64,000 nucleotides of DNA from a virus (IMGVR_UViG_3300035670_000034:72199-136198), one strand, 5' to 3'; shown: positions 21,001 to 29,218, numbered from the stretch's first letter. The notes: generated by a model not told the origin, from the sequence alone. Translations and numbers: made by a program.

Positions 21001-21927
21001 TTATGCGCCCGCCATTGCCGACAGCCCCGCCCGCGACCGGCGAAGAAGGTGTGGCGCTGCGAAAGCCGTGATAGTCGCCAAGTGAAGTGGCACTATGTCC
21101 TCGTAACTGCCATAACCGCCAGCCATGACGATAACCGTACGGGCCCCGAGATTGAGGATGCGCTCTGCGACCATTGCTTCACGGCGCTCAACGACATCTG
21201 GCTCAATGAATGGGAATACATCCACACCAGCGTTGTAGAACACAATTGCGGGACCGATGGACGCAAGCCTGTTAAGCGCATCGCCAACACCGAGTAGGTA
21301 TCTGTCTGGGTCGTCACACAGAATGGCCTGGCTGTTGTAGTTGCTTTCGTAGCCGTCAAAGTCAGAGGTGGAAAGGTCTACCTGTTTGATTTCTGTACCA
21401 CCGATGTAGTCGTTGGTCCCGCCGCCGAAGTGGGCGTCAAGGTCAAGAATGGCGACTTGCTGCCCTGTAAGTTTCGCAGCGTACATAGCACCAATCGCTA
21501 GCGAGTTCACCGTACAGTAGCCACGACCCACATTCCGACGGGCGTGGTGAAGCCCACTAGAAAGTGAGCATGAATGGTCATAGCCAGCAAGAACATCATC
21601 CACAGCGCACAATACGCCTGCGGTTGAGTTCAGGACTGAGTGATACACGCCGTTATCCCAACTGAATGAGTTGCTCTCCGCCAACGCGCGGGGCCGTCCA
21701 GTCATCACTGCTTGTAAGTACTCAGCATCAACGCCGTCAGCAATAGATGACTGCGCCTTTGCCAGCGCACTAGGAATACTTGCTGGGTCTTTGACCCTCA
21801 CCCACTCGGACAAGCCAACTTCTGGCATTTGTAGCGAGCGAGCAATGTATCGGGATTTCTGGAATGTCTCAAACTGAGTGTCCGTCCCGCAATAATCTTC
21901 GTTCCAATAAACATTCATGTTAGTCAT
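21001..21927 (-). CDS. Zn-dependent histone-deacetylase-superfamily amidohydrolase (HDAC/AcuC/APAH-like)
   Basis: SGLHHA, GYCTVN, LDLDAHFGGGT, YNAGVD and AGGY catalytic motifs all intact. Confidence 0.88.
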   Translation of the reverse strand: MTNMNVYWNEDYCGTDTQFETFQKSRYIARSLQMPEVGLSEWVRVKDPASIPSALAKAQSSIADGVDAEYLQAVMTGRPRALAESNSFSWDNGVYHSVLNSTAGVLCAVDDVLAGYDHSCSLSSGLHHARRNVGRGYCTVNSLAIGAMYAAKLTGQQVAILDLDAHFGGGTNDYIGGTEIKQVDLSTSDFDGYESNYNSQAILCDDPDRYLLGVGDALNRLASIGPAIVFYNAGVDVFPFIEPDVVERREAMVAERILNLGARTVIVMAGGYGSYEDIVPLHLATITAFAAPHLLRRSRAGLSAMAGA

Positions 21928-22022
21928 AGTGATAACAATGATACGGCGCAAGAGGGGTAAAGCCAACCCCCACCAACGCCTCGGGGGGACATTTGGGCGT
22001 TGATGGGGGTGACTTTGTTGCC

Positions 22023-22121
22023 TTACTGCTTTCTAAAGCGAGTAAGAAGCACCGTGACTAGCACGGTTGCCACAATAAGCGAATACGAGACATACTCGCT
22101 AATGCGAATGGTCAAGTCCAC
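22023..22121 (-). CDS. 32-aa single-pass membrane peptide (not in ORF track)
   Basis: MDLTIRISEYVSYSLIVATVLVTVLLTRFRKQ; AAGAAAGGGG SD, downstream of the 22154 promoter copy. Confidence 0.55.
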   Translation of the reverse strand: MDLTIRISEYVSYSLIVATVLVTVLLTRFRKQ

Positions 22122-22243
22122 TTTGTTCCCCCTTTCTTAGTAGGTACGCTATCACCTTACAGGCAATAATGAGATACCGCAACTAGTTCCTTACGACCAG
22201 CCACAAGAAGTAAAAGAATATAAAGGCACCGAAGCCCACAATC

Positions 22244-22429
22244 TCATGCGTCAGCATTGCCGAGGGCCCCGTCTATGCGGGGTATCCACTGTCCGCCAAC
22301 ACGATAGAAGCCCATCAGTTCGGCGTAATCAGTATCATCATGAAACACGACTTCACGGCAATAGTCGCATATCTCAGACTGAGAATATATGCGCTCAACG
22401 GGGCAGGTACAGGTATTTTTGTCTGTCAT
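22244..22429 (-). CDS. small Cys-containing hypothetical protein
   Basis: CTCP...CDYC; follows the LysM gene. Confidence 0.55.
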   Translation of the reverse strand: MTDKNTCTCPVERIYSQSEICDYCREVVFHDDTDYAELMGFYRVGGQWIPRIDGALGNADA

Positions 22430-22439
22430 ATCGCCCCGC

Positions 22440-22772
22440 TCAGCAACTTTCCCAGACTTCGCCGTTGCGCAGTTCTAGGCGACAGTCGTTACTTGTTGGT
22501 AACCAGATTTGCCAACCAGCCTGAATGGTGGTCCCGTAGGTGTTCACCAGATTATCTGTGACTGCCTGAATGTTGCCGTCGCACTTGGCTTGGGCAATAG
22601 CCCAGAGTGTGTCACCATACTGAACCGTGTGTGGCTCAGGGTCGCAAGTGAACCTATCGGCGTTGGCTGATGCCAACCCGATTACGCCCACAAGCCCGAC
22701 GCAGGCAGCAACCCACGCCAAGGCGTGACGAACCTGCCTAGTCCGATAGTTGTGAATGTTGAGTTGTTTCAT
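22440..22772 (-). CDS. LysM-domain protein with N-terminal membrane anchor/signal
   Basis: hydrophobic ALAWVAACVGLVGVIGLASANA then HTVQYGDTLWAIA...IQAGWQIWLP; leaderless start. Confidence 0.8.
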   Translation of the reverse strand: MKQLNIHNYRTRQVRHALAWVAACVGLVGVIGLASANADRFTCDPEPHTVQYGDTLWAIAQAKCDGNIQAVTDNLVNTYGTTIQAGWQIWLPTSNDCRLELRNGEVWESC

Positions 22773-22841
22773 ACTCCCACCTTACAGGCAATAATGAGAT
22801 ACGCCGACCTCACCATTTGGTGGGTCGGCGCACCTCAGCCA

Positions 22842-23012
22842 CTAGCAAGCGAGGTCGGGGTCACCCTCGCAAGGCAAGCCCTTGGCAACGCTGTTACTGT
22901 CGCAGGCACACATGACGCAAGTAGGACCGTCATTTTCTGGCAAGATATGCCAGAGGTGACTGTCGTGTATGTCGTTGTGTAGCCCAACCATGTGGTTAGT
23001 GTCGTTGTTCAT
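22842..23012 (-). CDS. 56-aa Cys/His-rich protein (not in ORF track), leaderless
   Basis: MNNDTNHMVGLHNDIHDSHLWHILPENDGPTCVMCAC...; ATG 6 nt after the 23019 promoter. Confidence 0.65.
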   Translation of the reverse strand: MNNDTNHMVGLHNDIHDSHLWHILPENDGPTCVMCACDSNSVAKGLPCEGDPDLAC

Positions 23013-23173
23013 GCGACCACCTTACAGGCAATAATGCCATAAACCTACCTACACGGGCGACCGCCCCGATGCCTCGCCCAACGAACCCAAGCAAACATAA
23101 CTAACGCGGGGCCCCCAGGGGAAAGCGCTTTTTCTATACCTTACGGTGGCGGAAAGGCTTTGTGAACGCCCCG

Positions 23174-23359
23174 CTATTCGGTCAACTCGTCGTTGAGTTC
23201 CGCCGTCACGAGTGCCATGTGGCAGAAAAAGTACAGGAGTAGTGTACCGAACATCCACATGCCCAGCAGTGGTGGTGATGGCATGATTATCGCCCCCACC
23301 AACATCAGCAACAGGTGTGCTGTTACCAGCATCGCTAATAGTTTTGAGTATCTATCCAT
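23174..23359 (-). CDS. small two-TM membrane protein, leaderless
   Basis: two hydrophobic stretches; ATG 6 nt after the 23366 promoter. Confidence 0.7.
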   Translation of the reverse strand: MDRYSKLLAMLVTAHLLLMLVGAIIMPSPPLLGMWMFGTLLLYFFCHMALVTAELNDELTE

Positions 23360-23391
23360 GCTCTTACCTTACAGGCAATAATAGTATTGCG

Positions 23392-23670
23392 CTACAGCCA
23401 GAACCATGCGGTTTCTCGTGCGGTGCCGAAGGCCCCGTCGGTTTGCTCGCCAAGCCATTTATGCGCTTTGTCTTTGCACGAACTCCCCCTGAATACTTCC
23501 ACGGTTTGCGTGTTCGTCTGCAAGTTTGTAAGGGTTAGGCGACGAACCATGTCGGGGTACAGGGTTCCGTTCTGACGCAAGTCGCCACGCTCAATCTTTA
23601 CACTCCAATGTTCGGCTCGGGGCTCCGCCGCAAGTGCCAAGTTCACTATCTCGACTTTGTTGATGCTCAC
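23392..23670 (-). CDS. hypothetical protein
   Basis: GTGA-coupled to the upstream cassette gene. Confidence 0.5.
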   Translation of the reverse strand: MSINKVEIVNLALAAEPRAEHWSVKIERGDLRQNGTLYPDMVRRLTLTNLQTNTQTVEVFRGSSCKDKAHKWLGEQTDGAFGTARETAWFWL

Positions 23671-23843
23671 TTGTCCAGCACCCACTCGATTACTTCGGCT
23701 TGTTCGTCAGTGACATCGTCGGTGAGTGGGGCAGAGAAGTAGTCCTCCAACTGGCCAGTAGCCCACTCGTAGAACTGCTCCATTACCTGCTCAGCCTCTT
23801 CAGGGTTGAGCCCTTCCAGATTTACCTTTGGCATTTTGTTCAT
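23667..23843 (-). CDS. 58-aa acidic protein (not in ORF track), leaderless
   Basis: MNKMPKVNLEGLNPEEAEQVMEQFYEW...; ATG 6 nt after the 23850 promoter. Confidence 0.7.
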   Translation of the reverse strand: MNKMPKVNLEGLNPEEAEQVMEQFYEWATGQLEDYFSAPLTDDVTDEQAEVIEWVLDK

Positions 23844-23852
23844 ACCTCAACC

Positions 23853-24095
23853 TTACAGGCAATAATCGTCTTGTGCAACCAAGTCACTTATAGTGACGAT
23901 GCGACCACGCCACAGCGACTTCCACGGCGACCGCCCCGCTGACCGGAGGCCCTGGGCGTGTTCCCAACGACATTGTTCTTCCCAATAGCAGTCGTATTCC
24001 TCTTCAGACATTGCCTCCAAGTCGGCGTCAGTTGGGTCGTAGTAGCGGGGCCAGCGCTGCCACTTGTAAACGGGTTCAAGCAACTTCATCGTCAA
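23853..24095 (-). CDS. hypothetical protein
   Basis: ORF running through the next promoter copy. Confidence 0.4.
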   Translation of the reverse strand: MTMKLLEPVYKWQRWPRYYDPTDADLEAMSEEEYDCYWEEQCRWEHAQGLRSAGRSPWKSLWRGRIVTISDLVAQDDYCL

Positions 24096-24197
24096 TAAGC
24101 CTTTTGACTAGATAGCCAATCGCTGCACAAGACACCACGAGTATTGCGATGAACAGGTCCCATTCGCCCCAATGGGACCTCCAGTGCCCCGCCAGCA

Positions 24198-24737
24198 TTA
24201 CTGGGAGACGAACTTCTGGAAGTCAGAGATGACGTCTGCTATTGCGCCCTGAACATCATCCCCACTTTCGGTAATCTCCTCGCCAAACAACGGCAGTCCG
24301 TTGTCGCCATACTTGTAAGAGATTACGGTGTTGGTGCGCCGCCCCGAGATGTCAAACACCATTACCGAGAGAACTTCACCAACTGAAGGGTCTACTTCTT
24401 GCGTAAACGCCCTCTGTAAGTCGCCACGCCGAATCTCCTCATTTGGATTTTTGTTTTCCTTGATGTATGCCTCAACAATAATTCCCACCATTCGGGGCAC
24501 CCCATGTTCCATAAACGCTTGCTGAAGTTCATGGTGTAGTACGTCTGGGGCTGGGACTTCTTCACTTGGTGGAGTCATGGCGATAATGGTTATTGCGTCG
24601 TCAGTCTGCCAGATTAGGAATGGCGGTGCGTCCGCTGGCCCCGAGGAATCAGAACACATAATCAACTTGGCTCCCTTGGCGAAGGTTACGGCTGATTCGG
24701 CAAAACGCTTGAATTTCCGAGAGTTGCCTTTAGCCAT
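24198..24737 (-). CDS. hypothetical protein
   Basis: start at MAKGNSRK, overlapping the upstream gene end. Confidence 0.6.
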   Translation of the reverse strand: MAKGNSRKFKRFAESAVTFAKGAKLIMCSDSSGPADAPPFLIWQTDDAITIIAMTPPSEEVPAPDVLHHELQQAFMEHGVPRMVGIIVEAYIKENKNPNEEIRRGDLQRAFTQEVDPSVGEVLSVMVFDISGRRTNTVISYKYGDNGLPLFGEEITESGDDVQGAIADVISDFQKFVSQ

Positions 24738-24945
24738 TCTGCTGCGCCTTTGAGTAGCGATAGTTCTCATACAAGTCGTGAGCGTGGGCAAAGATGATTT
24801 CTTCGTACTTGTCGCTCTCATACACTTCTTCAGTATGGGGCAAGCGGGCGCTATCAACTAGTTCGTGAAGCGCCTTTTCGTACCAATACTCCACGACTTC
24901 GTCAGGTTGGTCGCACAGGGCGAACGTAATGGGGTTGTCATTCAT
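24730..24945 (-). CDS. acidic hypothetical protein, leaderless
   Basis: ATG 6 nt after the 24952 promoter. Confidence 0.7.
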   Translation of the reverse strand: MNDNPITFALCDQPDEVVEYWYEKALHELVDSARLPHTEEVYESDKYEEIIFAHAHDLYENYRYSKAQQNG

Positions 24946-25023
24946 AATCTGACCTTACAGGCAATAACTCATTATTCCAACTGTCCGGTTTATGCGGGGC
25001 CCGTCGTCGGGCCGTGTTGGCGC

Positions 25024-25302
25024 TCACACCGCCCTCAGTCGCTCGACGTACTCGCACTGGTCGTTTATGGGCGCATCAGTAAAGTCCTGAGCAGTCAGTT
25101 CTCGGTCTATGCGGCCAGTCAGGCAAGACAGGCACAGCATTCCCTCGCCAGCCCCGTGCTTGTCCCACAGTTCGTCGTGAACCATGTAATACTCGCCGTA
25201 CTCGGCGGTGTGGATACCGCAGTCGTGGCAGTCAAACGCCCCACTCCAATAGAAGTCATCATGCTCATCTAGGTAGGCATCTAGGTCAGCGTCGGTCATC
25301 AT
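25024..25302 (-). CDS. Zn-finger-like hypothetical protein
   Basis: CHDCG...YMVHDELW...GMLCLSCL...RELTAQDF. Confidence 0.65.
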   Translation of the reverse strand: MMTDADLDAYLDEHDDFYWSGAFDCHDCGIHTAEYGEYYMVHDELWDKHGAGEGMLCLSCLTGRIDRELTAQDFTDAPINDQCEYVERLRAV

Positions 25303-25439
25303 CACCCCTCTCCCTCGTGGAAAGGATACCAACCCCAACCGCCGTCGTTGCAGCAGTCGCATTCGTTGTCTGCGATTTCCCGATAGCAGGAGTCGCAGTA
25401 TCCAGGGTTGTATGGGTTGTTGCTCGGTGTGTTCTCCAT
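25302..25439 (-). CDS. 45-aa Cys-rich peptide, paralogue A (not in ORF track), leaderless
   Basis: MENTPSNNPYNPGYCDSCYREIADNECDCCNDGGWGWYPFHEGEG; ATG 6 nt after the 25446 promoter. Confidence 0.75.
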   Translation of the reverse strand: MENTPSNNPYNPGYCDSCYREIADNECDCCNDGGWGWYPFHEGEG

Positions 25440-25492
25440 GCCTACACCTTACAGGCAATAATGGTATAGTCCTACCGCACAACCGCACAAGG

Positions 25493-25523
25493 TTATCCAC
25501 AGGCTGTACACAGGTTATCCACA
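25493..25523 (+). promoter_or_regulatory. DnaA-box cluster 1
   Basis: TTATCCACA at 25493 and 25515 with degenerate CTGTACACA at 25504 (11-bp pitch). Confidence 0.65.
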
Positions 25524-25671
25524 GGCGCACCCCAGCCGCCGCCATGCGGCAGCCCCGTGGTCACGCCACGTGCGGAAACCAATAAATACAAAAAGCGGGA
25601 CAACCCCCAAAAAATGTGTTTCTCTATGTCTTACGGTGGCGGAAAGGCCTTGGGGCTAGGCCCCGTTTCGT

Positions 25672-25917
25672 CTATGAGACATAGAACCTGACGGCCTCTT
25701 TGGTGGTCAGCAGGTCTCGGTCGTAGCGGTGGTCATACCAAGCCCCGGAGAAGCGATAGAGAACGCTCGTCAGGGCCTTGTAGAGGATTTCTTCTTTCTC
25801 CTCTGGCCACTGCGTATCGTCTGCCTCGGCCCCGGCCGCCTCAAGGGTGGCCATAGCCTCGGTCAGTAGGAACTTCAGTTGTTCTACTCGTTCGGTCAGT
25901 TTCTGTGTCTCTTCCAT
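25672..25917 (-). CDS. hypothetical protein, leaderless
   Basis: ATG 6 nt after TAAGAT of the 25924 promoter. Confidence 0.7.
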   Translation of the reverse strand: MEETQKLTERVEQLKFLLTEAMATLEAAGAEADDTQWPEEKEEILYKALTSVLYRFSGAWYDHRYDRDLLTTKEAVRFYVS

Positions 25918-25990
25918 ACTGTCATCTTACAGGCAATAATGATGTACCACAACTGTAGCCTTATCCCATTATTGCCTGTAAGGTCTTGGT

Positions 25991-26128
25991 ATGACACCGA
26001 CCAACAATCCATACAACAGCGAGTATTGCGATGCCTGCGACACCTACCTCAAGGGTGACGAGTGCGCCTGCCACAATGACGGTGGCTGGGGCTGGTATCC
26101 ATTCCACAACGAAGAAACCGAGGACTAA
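25991..26128 (+). CDS. 45-aa Cys-rich peptide, paralogue B (not in ORF track), leaderless
   Basis: MTPTNNPYNSEYCDACDTYLKGDECACHNDGGWGWYPFHNEETED; ATG 6 nt after the + strand promoter at 25967-25984. Confidence 0.75.
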   Translation: MTPTNNPYNSEYCDACDTYLKGDECACHNDGGWGWYPFHNEETED

Positions 26129-26142
26129 GTTCCGGACAGGGG

Positions 26143-26255
26143 CTTGGTGAGCAGTAGTGAAAGCCCGAGGCATTGGGTGAAAGCCGACTGTCGCCTAGAT
26201 GCTCATCAGGCTGGGGGGTTGGGGCCGCATCATTGGATGCGACAACCTCAACCCC
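26143..26255. other. two adjacent stem-loops between convergent genes (terminator and/or structured RNA)
   Basis: 26143-26153 pairs with 26200-26210; 26215-26224 pairs with 26246-26255. Confidence 0.5.
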
Positions 26256-26273
26256 CACCTGCGGGACGTATCG

Positions 26274-26474
26274 CTAGAACAGTTTCTCTTGCTGTTCTCT
26301 AGTTTCTTTGGTGAAACAGAAGTCGTGGCGATAACGGTAATGCTCTTGCTCTACTGAGAACATGGTCTTGCCTTGTCTTATCCAGCAAGTGGCGAGCCGC
26401 ACGGTCGTCCCGCCCTTTGGGTCAATCTCGTACCCACACAGTTCACAAGTGTAAAGGGGTGGCACACCTACCAC
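26274..26474 (-). CDS. small Zn-finger-like protein
   Basis: CELCG...HDFC. Confidence 0.55.
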   Translation of the reverse strand: MVGVPPLYTCELCGYEIDPKGGTTVRLATCWIRQGKTMFSVEQEHYRYRHDFCFTKETREQQEKLF

Positions 26475-26695
26475 AGCAACTCAACTTTCTCCATTGTCTC
26501 ATCTGCGACTTCATCTTGATAAAACGGGTCAAACTCGCTTCCTCGTATTGAGTCGGCAACATCGGGGCGTCGCTCAGCGAGCATGTTGAAGAATACTTGA
26601 CCTGCTCGCATCGCCTTGTTGGGCGAAGTGCTTCTCAGGTGATGCTCAAAGTTGATGGCGAAGTCCAACAGGAACTGATTGAAGGAATCACTCAT
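26468..26695 (-). CDS. hypothetical protein
   Basis: MRAGQVFFNML...FDPFY; coupled ORF. Confidence 0.6.
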   Translation of the reverse strand: MSDSFNQFLLDFAINFEHHLRSTSPNKAMRAGQVFFNMLAERRPDVADSIRGSEFDPFYQDEVADETMEKVELLW

Positions 26696-26966
26696 TGAGG
26701 GCGTCTAAACGATGAAGAATGTGGGGTGTGCGCTCCCCCACCCAAGCACCTTGACAGTTGAACTCAATGTATTCAACCGCCTCGTCGTAGGACAGACCGT
26801 CCCGCGTCATCAACACGCTCACCATCTTGTCAAAGTCATAAACTGCCGTTTCTGGCTCGTTTATTCGTGTGGTGTAGCCGAGAAACGCGTCATCAAACCC
26901 ATCCATCAGAAGAAGGTTCATGTCAGCGTCTTTCAGCGCCCTGTCAATCGCGGGACGGGTCGGCAC
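26688..26966 (-). CDS. conserved phage hypothetical protein
   Basis: DGFDDAFLG...AVYDFDKMV...AVEYIEFNCQGAWVGERTP. Confidence 0.65.
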   Translation of the reverse strand: MPTRPAIDRALKDADMNLLLMDGFDDAFLGYTTRINEPETAVYDFDKMVSVLMTRDGLSYDEAVEYIEFNCQGAWVGERTPHILHRLDALNE

Positions 26967-27226
26967 TATTTCAGAACTTCTGCTGGCTTTACCGACAGCG
27001 TTTCGCACAGACGAAACAGCGTGTTGAGGTTTGGCGAGAAGTGGTTGTTCTCAATGCGGTTCACAGTCTTGCGGTCAATGCCAGACTTGTCGGCAAGTGC
27101 GTTCTGCGACATGCCCCGCTCGATACGAAGGTCTTTGAGTTTCTCGGCAACTCGTCGTTCCTTCTTTATGATTTCTGATTTCTTCATTTCTTCTCCTATG
27201 GGTGTGTGTATTGCTAGGTCAGTCAT
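26966..27226 (-). CDS. XRE/Cro-family HTH regulator
   Basis: LKDLRIERGMSQNALADKSGIDRKTVNRIENNHFSPNLNTLFRLCETL. Confidence 0.9.
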   Translation of the reverse strand: MTDLAIHTPIGEEMKKSEIIKKERRVAEKLKDLRIERGMSQNALADKSGIDRKTVNRIENNHFSPNLNTLFRLCETLSVKPAEVLK

Positions 27227-27336
27227 AGTACAGTCTCATTTCTTGCTTTGCAAGTCGTGTTATTGCTCCTTCATTATGAAGTAGTTTGCGACAACTACGA
27301 ACACGCCATAAGTGACTAGGAATACCGCAACATAGT

Positions 27337-27474
27337 TCATACGCCGTTCCACTTCCACTTGCGACAAGCCTGCTTGTCAGCCTGCTTGCGCTTGTCGGTG
27401 TGGGTCTGCGCTCTGGTGCGTGAGCCGTCAGCGAAGGCTTGACGGTCTGTCTCGTTCCACTTGCGTCGTTTCAT
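27337..27474 (-). CDS. 45-aa basic peptide (not in ORF track)
   Basis: MKRRKWNETDRQAFADGSRTRAQTHTDKRKQADKQACRKWKWNGV; GGGGG SD behind a structured leader from the 27546 promoter. Confidence 0.6.
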   Translation of the reverse strand: MKRRKWNETDRQAFADGSRTRAQTHTDKRKQADKQACRKWKWNGV

Positions 27475-27649
27475 AGAGTTCCCCCTGCCACCCCCCTATC
27501 AGGCAAGGGGGGTTGGCAGGATTAGTAGTTACGCCTGATACCTAAACCTTACAGGCAATAATGCGATAAGGCGACTTGGGCTGGGGTTGCCCCCGTGCTT
27601 GGGGCGACAGCCCCGAGGGGGCCGGCGACGGGGTTCGTGATAGGCTATT

Positions 27650-27925
27650 ATGACGATTATGAGTAATAACACCAATGACATGGATGATTTCCGGGACTGG
27701 CGCTTTGATGCGCCCAATCGCGAGCACATGCTTGAACGCAGAGTCAAGGAACTTGAAGACACTGTGTCTCGCTTGGAGAAGGAACTAAGCCGTATGAAGT
27801 CAAAAGACTTTGACGCCATTGCTTACAGAAATGAAAAGACAATTAGCGGGGCAGGCAACAAGACGATTGGTGCTTTGGCTGGCACCATTAGCATTCTTCC
27901 AGAATCACCGCACAAGGCTGACTAA
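27650..27925 (+). CDS. coiled-coil hypothetical protein
   Basis: LERRVKELEDTVSRLEKELSRM heptads. Confidence 0.5.
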   Translation: MTIMSNNTNDMDDFRDWRFDAPNREHMLERRVKELEDTVSRLEKELSRMKSKDFDAIAYRNEKTISGAGNKTIGALAGTISILPESPHKAD

Positions 27926-28113
27926 TGGCCGAAGAGAAGCCACAGCAGCCCCGCGAGACTGTCGTGCGGGTTACTTCGGATGACAAGAAGAAGCAAGTGC
28001 CTCGCTTTGTCGAGCCCCGCCCACGCGGGTCGTCTTGCTGCCCAGGCCGATAAAAGCATAGAACGGGGCCGCGCTGTGGCGGTCTGGGGGTTTCCCCCCA
28101 GACCCACGCTGCC

Positions 28114-28251
28114 CTATTGGGCGAGCGTGTCGGCTACCAGCCGCGCTACGTGAGCGCGTAGGCGTGCCGTCGCGTGCCAGCCGCGCTCTGCGACCGCCGC
28201 GTCAAGCGCGGCGAGCAGGGCGAGCGCGAGCGCTATGCGCTGCGACTTCAT
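28114..28251 (-). CDS. Ala/Leu-rich 45-aa peptide
   Basis: AAGGGGG SD; downstream of the 28335 promoter. Confidence 0.45.
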   Translation of the reverse strand: MKSQRIALALALLAALDAAVAERGWHATARLRAHVARLVADTLAQ

Positions 28252-28559
28252 GTCCCCCCTTGTCCCCCCCACCCCCCACCGCGTCGGGCGCTGCGGCGGG
28301 GGCGGGGGCTTGGTTGGTGATGCCCGACACCAACATCTTACAGGCAATAATGGTGTACCACAACTAGCCCCATTCGTGCGCGGGCGCACAAGCGCGGGCG
28401 CACACACGCGCACGCGGGGCCGCAGGCGCGTACGCGCATACGTGCGCGCGAACGCGGGACAAAGGGCAAAAAGTGTGTTTCTCTATGCCTCACGGTGGTG
28501 GAAAGCACCACGCGCCAGCCCCGTGCGAGCCGGCCTTGCCGTATGTGAGATTGCTAACT

Positions 28560-28751
28560 TTATGTAGGTATCTCGTCTGCGTATTCCAGCGCAATGTCCA
28601 ACTCATCACGATTGGTGACGGCCCCGTTCACGACGGCCCAAGCGAGTTGCTGTGCTTCTTGTTCGCTTCTCGCATACACAGTTGTCGTCAGACTGAAACA
28701 GACATGGAATGGCGCTCGAGCGGGGCCCCCCGCCGTGGGGTCACCGCTCAT
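28560..28751 (-). CDS. hypothetical protein
   Basis: ATGA-coupled to 28748-28999. Confidence 0.5.
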   Translation of the reverse strand: MSGDPTAGGPARAPFHVCFSLTTTVYARSEQEAQQLAWAVVNGAVTNRDELDIALEYADEIPT

Positions 28752-28999
28752 TTCGGCTGCCACCCTTGCGGAGTGCGGATGTGATGTAGTCGGCCTGCCC
28801 TGATGATGTCGTTGGTGATGCTGAGTAGTGCGCCCACCCACTCAACTTCGGTAAGGCCTTGCTCTGCAATGTAGTCATCCTGACGGCCTGCAGCGAAGTC
28901 TCCCCACAGGGCAGCGATGGCATCCTTGCCGACTGCGCCTATGCCGAGATAGTCGTCGGCCAGAACTGAGATGAGTGAGTTGTCGTGTGTCGTGGTCAT
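28748..28999 (-). CDS. hypothetical protein, leaderless
   Basis: ATG 6 nt after the 29006 promoter. Confidence 0.7.
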   Translation of the reverse strand: MTTTHDNSLISVLADDYLGIGAVGKDAIAALWGDFAAGRQDDYIAEQGLTEVEWVGALLSITNDIIRAGRLHHIRTPQGWQPK

Positions 29000-29035
29000 A
29001 CCCTTACCTTACAGGCAATAATGGATTAGTGCTAC

Positions 29036-29218
29036 TCAGGGCCGCTGGGGTGCGGCCGCCCCGCTGCGCGGGTGCTTAGCGCACCACCAGCACACTATGT
29101 TGTCGTGGTGGTCACTCCATGTTGGCAAGTAGTTGTCGTGCGCCACGGTCATTGCGTCGCCACAGTCAGGGCAGGGCTTACCCTCGTCGGAGTGCGTCAC
29201 TTGGCTAACTCTCGCCAA
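29036..29218 (-). CDS. small Zn-finger-like protein
   Basis: CPDCG...CWWC. Confidence 0.5.
   Translation of the reverse strand: MARVSQVTHSDEGKPCPDCGDAMTVAHDNYLPTWSDHHDNIVCWWCAKHPRSGAAAPQRP

Noticed and set aside
25024-25545. 173-aa ORF as a single gene
   Set aside because: Its N-terminal part runs through DnaA boxes and the promoter; better explained as two genes (25302-25439 and 25024-25302).
26143-26215. Hammerhead ribozyme (CUGAUGAG on the minus strand)
   Set aside because: No GAAA follows stem II on that strand and no cleavage triplet geometry is present.
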